From Felis catus (lineage: Eukaryota), in NCBI RefSeq assembly GCF_018350175.1, contig NC_058368.1:154010001-154074000 (forward strand): a stretch of DNA of 64,000 nt, in the 5' to 3' direction. The notes beneath the pieces were generated by a model. The model saw only the letters and a program-made list of their open reading frames with translations. It did no database searches and was not told where the DNA came from. The position numbers and the translations under genes were made by a program. The first letter of the stretch is position 1, and the number at the start of each line of letters is the position of its first letter. Shown piece by piece: positions 53,741 to 64,000 of this stretch.

Positions 53741-55518
53741 TCATTTAATCATGTTAATGCACTCACAACATACAGATCTTTCCTTTTGCGAGACTTCCAA
53801 TCCCTGAAGCTGATAGGTGTAAACATTTATTCCTTCACTCGATGTTAGATGCTGCATTGTTAATTGAGCAAATTATGGAATTTTTGTTTCGAACACTTTA
53901 TGGACTTCAGCACTTGGCAGGATTAATGTTAGTCAAAGAAAGTTACTAAAAAAAACTATTTGCCCTAAGAAGTCATACTGGGTTTGAAGAGCTAAAAACA
54001 CACATGAACAAGCACAATGCAATGTGATGGGTACTGTGAAATTCATGCTTCTAATATACAATGTGATTGGTGTTGGAAAAGCTGTGAATTTTGACTTGAA
54101 GGAAAATATCACAAAGGATTTTCAGTAGTGCTTGAAGTATGTTGTATGGAAACCAATTTGAAAATAAATTTCATATTAAAAAATAGCTATAAGAGAAAAG
54201 AAATACTTAGAGTGAAGAGAAAGTGCAAACAAAGGTTGGGTGAGATGTCGGCTCGGTGCGCTCTGCTCTCCTACTTGATCACTCAGGGGTTGGGTTAAAG
54301 AAGCAGCCCAGTGTGAGACATTTGCGCACTCCTGCAAAAAGAAAGCGCAAGAAGATGAGCCAAACCACTGTGAGCGATCAGTCACAACTTCTCTTTGAAT
54401 GTGGGATGTGTCACACTTCCACGTGTGTTACCAAAGGAGGTCACACGGCCAAGCCTAAAATTGATGAGGTAGGCATCAATACTTAAGATTTCTACATACT
54501 TCGTAAGAGAACTAGGTCTTTTAAGAATAAGCAGGTGTTATAATCTCCCTGTGGGGAGAAAGGCAGTGAGCAACCAGGAATGATGTAACGTATTACAAAT
54601 TTTTAGGGAATTACAGAACATTGTAGTCAGAGTACAGACTATAAATTGTGTTGAACAGGAAGAGTGAAAATAAGAATGATAAATGCTGCCAGATTGTGGG
54701 ATATGTCCTGTATCTTGGTAAAAATTTTTTGACTTACCCATGATCAGAAATTGATTTTTACAAATAACCTGGTTTAAGAGTGGGGGAAGGCCTGTACAAG
54801 GTGAAAATGGAGGCATGGAGTCTACTTAAGGACTGAGAGAAAGTGGTTGTGGGAAGAAGCTTACAAAATAAATTCAGGGTATTTGGAAAAAGCAGAAATG
54901 ACAGACCCAGGACAGTTGTGGAAGGTGAAGAGTAAGAATTTTGAAAGAAAAATGTAAAATTACAAGAATTCCAGCCTGGACAATTAAATAATGAGATTAA
55001 ATGAGCCAAGAAATAAGGGGGGAAAAATCAGTCATTATTGGCGTAGAAGAGGAGTGGGATTATTCTGTCAAGATCAGGGTGAAGATAAGATGAAGGAGGG
55101 CTTCAGAGAATGGAACTTCTGAGCTCACTTCACGAAAAATGGAGTGGCTGCAGTGAAGGATGTTCCTGGCAAAGGGAACAATGTATGGCAAAGCAGATGA
55201 CATTAAAGCATGCCGTGTTCAGAAATGTCAAGATAGTTATGACCACACAAATGATACTTGAAATCAAAGAAAATCCTGAAGTACTGAAATACAGAGTCTC
55301 AGTGCTTGTCCATTCTTTCTCTGTCTTTAATCTCAGACTGTAAGAGTACATGCAAAGTGAGAATGACCTAATTGGGTAAAAAGAACAAGGTATAAAAACT
55401 CCTTACTGATGGGTTAAACTCAAGGTTAAAGGGCAACTGGAAATCAAGATTATTTCATAAAATGAATTATGAAAATGAAAAATGTTGAGAAGGAAATAAA
55501 TTTGAAAACAATATTTCT

Positions 55519-55741
55519 TTTTTTTTAATTTTTTTTTTCAACGTTTATTTATTTTTGGGACAGAGAGAGACAGAGCTTGAACGGGGGAGGGGCAGAGAGA
55601 GAGGGAGACACAGAATCGGAAACAGGCTCCAGGCTCTGAGCCATCAGCCCAGAGCCTGACGCGGGGCTAGAACTCCCGGACCGCGAGATCGTGACCTGGC
55701 TGAAGTCGGACACTTAACCGACTGCGCCACCCAGGTGCCCC
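55519..55741 (-). mobile_element. Young CAN-SINE (SINEC_Fc), antisense
   Basis: Perfect 15-bp TSD GAAAACAATATTTCT at 55504-55518 and 55742-55756. Most CpGs intact. Confidence 0.97.
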
Positions 55742-58700
55742 GAAAACAATATTTCTAATGTTTGAACATAAATCTCTGGTATTGACCTTACTTTTGCTTG
55801 AGAAATTTTTTTTTTTAGAATCAGAGAAACTGTCACACATAGAAATTGGTATCAACAATTACTGCTGGGTCTCTGTCTTAAGTTAGCCTTCATGATTATG
55901 TGGACCGTTTCAATGTTCAGTGTAGTTGATGTAACCAGAGTCAATATTAATATTGTAAAAATCATATGCCATGCTCATATAATGCTAACATAAGAAACTT
56001 AATAAAATTTTAAAAAGTAAAATTACTATGTTTAAAACGAGGGCAGCTAGCTAATTGGGGTGGAAATGGGCAAGTCAGGAAAATCGTAATGGATTTACAA
56101 TAATCCAGAGTTAGATTCTCCCCTTAATACTTCCAGAAATCCATTTGGAAAAATCAGTAACTTTTTGCATTGTAACTCAAGTTTGGTTGTGAGAAACTAA
56201 ACTCCTAGAACACTAAATGATGAACAATAGTATTCACTTACTCACTTAGAAAATACTAGTTATTTATAAATTCTCTTCCATGTAGTTGTCAACAAAAAGG
56301 AACATCTTCTGAGAGAACACTGTGTGCTTTGCATCAACATGAAGGAAATACGTGACTTTGAATTTCTGTCAAACTAAGTGAACTGGACAAAATATCATTC
56401 TGTAGTCTGAAGACAATTTCATCTGTGTACCAACTATTGATTGAATTACTGAGCCCCTTTCCTGCTATAGTGACTCAGGAGTTAAAGGGATGGGAACAGA
56501 AACCTTAAAACAGTGTTTCTGATTCTTAAGAAGGAATTTTGGAAACACTGGCAAAATGAACGAGCTGCTAATCCTTAATTCTCCTTTTCTAATATGGTCC
56601 ATGAAGATTTCACTACTGTTAGCAGCTTGTTAAAGTTAGGTGAATTGTGGCTCATTCCCGAGAACAGTTCTCAGATGCTTAGTGTATCTAAGAAGTAAGT
56701 ATAACTCTTCATTGAAAGAAACTTGGACTCTGTGTAGTACCAGGTTTATGGACCATGCACTGCTGTATTTTTTTGGTCTCCTTTGTTTTGGGTACTGACA
56801 GGCTAAATTTTAAAGGTTAATTTTGTCTGATCTGTGTTTAAGTACAGGCTATATTTCATTATAGCTTCCAATTAATACTGCATATCTAAAACTCTTGCCA
56901 ATGGATATGTTTCAAAATTCAGAATAATTCAGGTAAAAAAAAAACCACATAGGCTATATATACATCACAGACTGAGTGTGGTGGGAGCTCTACTGCATAA
57001 TAATTACAAAAAAAGTATGTGGGTAAGATGTGTATGTATGTACCCTTCTATTGTTTGTTCAGGTTAAGTTTTTACCAGGGGAGTCTGCTGTGTCAAACTT
57101 GAGGAAGATGATCTTACATACGTTGAGTCTGGTTTGTTGGGAGGTTTGTTGGTTTGGTTTTGACTTTGGGTAACAGCTGGGCAATTGAGATTGTAGCTTT
57201 TTTTCACTTAGTCATTAACCAAGTATTTGAGACCCTATTCCTACTTTGTACCAGATATTATGACTATATGTGAAGATTATGGTCACAAGCTTCTTTTTAA
57301 TACTGACAGTATGTGTGTTTTTCTAAGTTGAAGACCTATCGCCGTAGTATGTGGGGAAAATACAGCTACGTCTCATTTGGGATATCCATTTTGTGGTATG
57401 TCTTTACAAGTTTGATCACGATTAATGGGCTGAGACTTTTCCTGGAGATTTTTACCTTACTTTCAAAGAGGCTGGGGAAGCCCAAGGGCCCTATCTCCTG
57501 TACCAATAGCAAGAACAGTAGCAAGTTTTGCTGTAATTGATTATGAATGTCTCCAGCTCCTGGCAAAGTAGAAGAACAGCATGTCCATATCCTTGTGAGG
57601 ATAGAGCAGAAATTAAAATGAAAACAGGACATGGCAAAGGTAAAGTGAAAGATTTTGCTATTAGGCTAGTGCTTTGATCATAAAGATTCAAATGTATCTA
57701 TCACCCTACATCTGTGAGAATGCATTAAAAGGTTAATGAAGTTTGGTACCTTTTTTTGGAGTTAGAACTAACTTGGCAGTTCAGCAAATAGGAAGAATTT
57801 TTTGTACTGTGGACTGTCTTAGGAAATTGCCGGGGGTGGGGTGGGGTGGGGTGGGGTGGATGAGATGCCTTTACGATTTATTTCAGAACATAAAGTACCT
57901 TAAAACCGCTCTACACAATTTGAGGGCTGTTTCAAAGGAACTAGGCAGAGCTAATCCTGTTTAAAAAGAAATTGGGAAGGCTTGAGAAAATCCCTAATAG
58001 GAGAAATCAGGACACTATGGTAGTATGATTTATATACAATTGATAGACCTTTGAATGAAATAGACACCATTTTAATGATTTCAGAAAGACAACTGCTTCA
58101 CGGCAGTCTGAGGCATAAGGCTCCCACCATAAGACTGCATATAATAGTGATACTGCCATGGGTTAAATGAGCAGAGCTTGAAGTATTATTTTTTTTAAAA
58201 ATTGAAAGGTTGTGGCAGTAATAAAAAGGTTGAATGGTAATGCCTCTAATTGAACAGTAAGGCCTCTTCCCTATTAAGTCACTCTTTCATCTGTCTTTTT
58301 AATTATTTCATTATCATTTTGTACTGCAGTTCACAATGAAATGACCATTTGTGTTTAAGTGAAAGCTAATTATTAGGACTGAATTATTGTGCAGTTTATT
58401 GATCCCAATGGTGGATTAAGGGCTTTAAGTTCGTCTAGACAGAATAGTTAGCAAAATGACAAAAGGAAACATATAAGACCCTTGGGAAGAATCCCTATGC
58501 TCCATAAGCAATTAATGCCTGCCAGGTAATGGAATTTAAGTTTATACTAAATCCAGCAGAGCTTTGACATTTCAACTGCCTTATAAACACATTAGTCTAA
58601 TGAATTAAGACTTATGAATTGTGTTTAGACACAAGGAGGAATAGTAAGTCCAGGATATTTTTAGCTATCCATTGATTGAATGAAAAATAGATAATTTTCT

Positions 58701-60344
58701 CTCTGAATTTGAGGAAAAATAGAATGTATTCTTTTTTGTGTTTATCTCTGTTCATTCTCTTCTCTACTGATGGATGTGTATTAACAATTTCCATTTGCCG
58801 GAGAACACTAATCTCCCTTATGGATGTGAAAAGTATGCAGTGATAAACCAAGAAAAGAAAAAAATATACATATACAGCTCCAGTACTGCTGAGTAAGAAG
58901 CCACACAGCCCATTCATCTCAATCCAGTGCTGGACATTTTTTAAAGCCATCTGTCATTATGGTGATGAGCAAGCCCCAGTCTGAGCTAATGATGGAACCC
59001 ATTACTGTTATTTATAAGAGCATATCCTTGGGTGGACTTGGAGATCTTAGTCAATCCTTCAGTTACATGACTTTTCCTGAAGTGCTATGTTCAAAGCTCT
59101 ATTGACAACATGGCATAAATAAAAGTTTTGGGAAAATCGCTAAAGCTCTTCTGATAGTAATAAAGCTTTTGACAACAACTCCAGGATATAATTAGAAAGC
59201 AATTAAGATCAAGGTGGTATTACAGAGTGACAAAATTAGAGTATTTTTCTTTCCCATCTTCATTTTAAGCCTTCCCCCTCCACCAAAATCTATTTGAGGG
59301 TACCAACCATGATTATTTAAGACTCAAATAACAGATAATTAAGTTGTGTAACACAAATCGGGTACATTTTACTTGTCCAGACTTTTCAGGTTGAAGTCTT
59401 TTCTCACTAGGAAGATCTTGAACATGTTAAGAAGAGTCTTGTGTGTGCCTTAAAAATACAAATACATATATCATGTCAAGGACTATTCAGTGAAGAGGCA
59501 TCCATACTAGATAGCCAGAGGCACAGTTTAAATATTAAAGTACATTTATACAGAATATATTTTAGTTGCTCATCATGTAAGTTTGAATTAAATTGAAGGC
59601 ATTCATATGCACAAGATAAAATCTATTTAGCAATTGCAAAAATGTTTGCTCCATTATATTTATGCACAATTTTATTGCTTGCATTTGACAGTGGCAAAGT
59701 AGCTAGTTTAATAAGCAAGCATAAGTTTTTATAGCAATGGTTATGGACTTTTATGGTATTTAAACTAGATTAATCAGTGAAGTATGATAAAGTTGAAGGA
59801 TTAAACAGACTGTGTGCACTTAAATATAAAACACTAATGGGGAAATCTTGCACGAGGCAATATTTGTTATTATGAAAATATAATAAAAGGATAATTGGTG
59901 GGGTTCTTTCTAGGAAAAAGATGGGTTTTCTCAGCTTAAGAAGTCAAATTAATGCCTAGGGAAATAGGGCATCCTTCTTATATGTAGACACTGTGCCACC
60001 TACATGAGAGTCATTTGATTTTTAAACCCTAAAATAAAACTTATGCCTTACATTATGCCACTATACAACTGAATTAAAAAATGTGATCCTAGAGAAAAAG
60101 CTTCGGAGCATTTTGCTAATTTTATCTTTGTGAAATTTCATGTCTGCCCCTGGATATACATAGTCAAATGTTGATTTACGATACATTTGCAATATTGGAA
60201 GACTTTGTGTCCTCTTTGGATGGAAAAAATACTTGGAATGAACAAGGTTAGAAACTATTTTTTCAGATGTTTGAAGTTTGAATACCTCAAATTTATTGGT
60301 AGGGGTTCGGAGTAAACATTTACATAGTATTAATTGACTTAAAA

Positions 60345-61086
60345 ATTTTCTAACTTAAACAGTGGTAGCTTAACTCATGTTCTTAACAGTTGAAAATAAC
60401 AAATACTTATTACCTCATAGTTTGTGTGGATCAGAAATCCAGGAAGAGCTTAGCTGGGTTTCTCTGGACAAGGAGATCCTTCAAGTTGTTTTTAAGCTGC
60501 CAGAAGGGTTAGAGTCTGACCTAAAGCCTTGTTGTCTTTTTTTCTTTATGTTTATTTATTTTTGAAGGAGAGAGAGACAGAGTGTGAGCTGAGGAGGGGC
60601 AGAGAGAGAGGGAGACACAGAATCTGAAGCAGGCTCCAGGCTCTGGACTGTCAGCACAGAGCCCTACACGGGGCTCGAACTCACAAGCAGTTAGATCATG
60701 ACCAGAGCTGAAGTCGGTCGTCCGACCGACTGAGCCACCCAGGTGCCCCAACCTTGTCTTTTTCTGAACTCATGTGGCTATTCTCAAAGTCCACTTTGTT
60801 GGTGGCTATTGACCACGGAATTGCCTCAGTTCTTTGCTACATGGTCCTCTCCACAAGTCAGCTCATAACATGACAGTTGCCTTCAGACTATAAAAACAAG
60901 ACAGAGTGACCCCAAGATGGAAGCCACAGTCTTTTTAGAACCTAATATAAACTCATGTCTCATTACTTCTGCTATTATCTTTGGTTAGAAGTGAGGGGAT
61001 AGGTCCAATACTCTCAGGGGAGAGGATCAATGAGGTATGCACACCAGGAGGAGGGGATCATCGTGGTGTCTCTTAAAGACTGCCTA
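60345..61086 (-). mobile_element. MaLR LTR relic (MLT1F/G/H-like) interrupted by a SINE
   Basis: AACAAATACTTATTACCTCATAGTTTGTGTGGATCAGAAATCCAGG...CATTACTTCTGCTATT...TTAGAAGTGAG...GACTGCCTA. Confidence 0.65.
60542..60749 (-). mobile_element. CAN-SINE, antisense
   Basis: Full-length. TTGTCTTTTT at 60532-41 and 60754-63. Confidence 0.94.
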
Positions 61087-63284
61087 AAATTAAAGCTAAT
61101 GGCCTAGCCAAAGACACAGGCAACTGTTAAAGTAGAATGCTGTGTCACAATAAAAATGTGTACAGAGTGCATTCACAGGAAGCCTATCTTGACAGATTGA
61201 GTGTTAGAGGTACTTTCAAGTGCAAAAGATGTTCACAAAGAATTTAGACTGATTAGCAGCCAGCAGCATATGTGGAAGTGGCAGAAACGTGAATGTCAGG
61301 TAGAGGGGTATGTAAGAAGGCTTGCAAGTAAAAGACAGGTTGATGGCTGTAGCTCTAGCTGCACACAGCCTCTAATATGAGGAAGGGTGGGAAATTAGGC
61401 TTATATAGGTAGGTTGCAGCCAAGAACATTGTATGTTAAACTTGGGGGTTGAAATTTGTCCTTAAGTCAGGGAAGGCATTTATAATCATAAGCATGATCA
61501 GTTTCGTCTTTGACCACTATGGCAATCATTTAAGAATAGATTCAAGATAAAAGGACTGGTTAGGTGACTTTGTGAGACAAAAACTTGAACACAGGGTCAG
61601 TAATCGTGAGAATGCAGAGAATGACATGAAACTATAGCTAGTAGGTAGGTAAAGAAGAGTTACAGTGGGAATTGGATATGAGGCAATAAAAAGGAAATCA
61701 GTAAGGTACGTGTGGAATAAACCACAGTGAATAATGTGCTATGTTTAGAGAAAGGGCTTGAGTTTTTGAGAAAAGGAAGCAAAAGTGTTGTTACTTGAGG
61801 TGGTGGTTAGTTAATACAGCTATACTAACTTAAGGCTTGGACATCTGAGAAAAGAAGGCTGAGTATTACAAAAAGTCATGGAAGGGCACTGGCACAATAA
61901 ATGAAATTTGATTAGAAATAAGGCTGTATTATAAGTTATCAGATGATGCGTAAATTGGTATGATATATACTCCTATTCCAAGAAATCGTGCAGTAAGGAG
62001 ATGAATTCTGTGTTATTCACACACACTCATTTTAATCCCTTTGGTCTTGAAGGAATTACATCAACTTTCATAATGTGGATATGAGAAAATGTGTAAGAAT
62101 GAGATAGGGCACCCAATGGTGACAACACTGATGAGAAGATTCGAACACACGTAAATAAGCCTTGGAACTAGAGATACTGCTGTTCACCCACCACTTACTG
62201 AGGTTCTCCAAATCCAAAAATAATGAATGATACAAATTTCCAGACAATTAATTCATGATTACAGTGTACCTGTCAAGTATTTCTTGATTATAAGTGATGC
62301 CTGTAATGGAGTGAAAGCAAAGTGGTACTATGTTGTCAGGGAAGGATAATAACAAAATTGATCTCAAAGCTTAATGTCTTTATATGAACCAGAATGGTAT
62401 CCATTGTTTTGTACACTGCGCAGGGTATTGGGGCACTTGACAAAGATAGTCTATGAAATAATGCAGTATATGAACATTAAAGAAAAATGAATTATATTTC
62501 TATAGAAAATACAGTAAGTACTTGCCCTGTATCAAACCAGAAATGCTAAGCCTTTGGTTCCGAGGTATGTTACATCATGGAATCAGCTTTTTAAAATGCA
62601 TGTAAAAATGATGGGTACATCAAGAAGCTCAGCTGAACAATGAACCTAGTAGTTGTCTGGAAACTTACATTGAATTCCTAAGGTCTTTAATCATAGCATA
62701 AATAAAAAAAAATGTGTGTATATATATACTATTAGTTAAACATTGATGTTTTATCTTTAAGAAAAACCACGATGCCTTCTAAAACATTTAATCAAATGAA
62801 TGGCAAGCATATATGGTCATATATTTTATATTCTTGCATGAAAATAAGTAAAAGTGAATGTAAATCATAGAGGTTAATCCAGGACTAAAATTAGACATCA
62901 TGAGTTTGATTCTTGATTTCACTGCTTCGTAACTAGATGATTTTTGGAAAGTAACTTCCTTAAGACTTAGACATTGGCAAAATAGGATTAACAATGGTAT
63001 GCATTTCAAAGGACATTGTATAGCTTAAATGAGTAATGTATTGAAAACCATGAAAACAATGACTAGAGATTAAATGCACTTACTGCATTTCAGTTATTGT
63101 ATAATGAACTTTGTTTTCAAATAATGCTTAGTTTTTTACTTTCTCTTTTTGTTTTTTTGCTTTATAACAGAAAGCTTAGGATGATTATTAAAGAACATTT
63201 ACATGAGAAACTATAATGTGCTTTAAATAAAATTAATGCTCTAATTTGTCAGAGCACATAATAGCTATTCATATTACCTGCTTT

Positions 63285-63415
63285 TATTTATTAAATCAAT
63301 ATTGGGTGCCTGCTATCTTCTAAACGACGAGGTAAAACATTAGGGCTACAGTCATGAGCAAAACCATACATAATCCCTGCCCTCATGAAGTTTATAGCCT
63401 ATCAGAAGATACAGC
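63285..63415 (-). mobile_element. L2 3' end relic
   Basis: TATTGGGTGCCTGCTAT...ATCCCTGCCCTCATGAAGTTTATAGCCTA. Confidence 0.65.
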
Positions 63416-64000
63416 TGCTAAGAACCCAAAAGCTGCAAAACTGAAACTGTGACCTGCTGGTTATGGAATTTGCTGCACCCAGATTAAGAAAACAATATTA
63501 CACACTAGGAATGTTAAATGTCAGTATGCCTTTGATTTTGGTAATGGTACTAGCGAATTTTATAAATAAGCATCTTTATTTGAATGTATGCTGAAATAAA
63601 ATGATAGGTAAAACATCTAGCCTAGGGATTGGAAAATCAGAAACAAATGTTGGTCCTATTGATGGATAATTATATCTATATTTATAGGTATTAGTTAAAA
63701 GGAAATCATCAGTTAGGGCCATATTCAGTTTTAATCCCAGTATGACACTTAATACCCCCAAAAGTGAGTGTTGGCTACCATTATTAGGATTAGATACATA
63801 CTCCAAGTAACATTACTATTCACTGAGATGTTATGCTTAAGTGAAATATGGTTGACTTTTAATTTTGATACATCTCTTGTATAACATACTTCATTAGCAT
63901 GAAAATTAAAATAGCTAAGTGTCTTCAAATATTGAGATTGTACACCCTCAAAACTTAGTCTAAATTTCATCTACTTGAATTTAATCAGCTTGTATTAAAC

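Noticed and set aside
6604..60751. Recurring ORFs such as VLTAQSLEPASDSVSP and HDLTVCEFEPRVGLCADS
   Set aside because: Translations of CAN-SINE copies, not a gene family.
1..64000. CRISPR arrays, operons, rRNA or prokaryotic defence systems
   Set aside because: Mammalian repeat-rich DNA with no repeat-spacer array or gene-dense region.

Overview
AT-rich mammalian genomic DNA, almost certainly from a felid, judged from cat-type tRNA-derived CAN-SINEs and a cat-type LINE-1. It is not prokaryotic, so most of the ORF track is noise. Bases 1-4740 are a 5'-cut, inactivated LINE-1 (ORF1 end, fragmented ORF2, 3'UTR, poly-A). The rest looks like a large intron or gene desert. It carries about 19 CAN-SINEs, many with target-site duplications (TSDs) and two nested pairs, plus old MaLR/ERVL LTRs, hAT MITEs, MIR/L2/L1 relics and microsatellites. 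Several repeat-free blocks are rich in homeodomain, POU, SOX and nuclear-receptor motifs and resemble conserved enhancers. Two phase-compatible candidate + strand exons (10215-10399 and 34893-34969) would splice into an open peptide I do not recognise. No novel biological system can be supported. The best leads are the candidate spliced ORF, the putative enhancer cluster, two templated micro-inversions, and a SINE reduced to its head between TSDs. Repeat family names come from my recall of consensus sequences, not from a database search.
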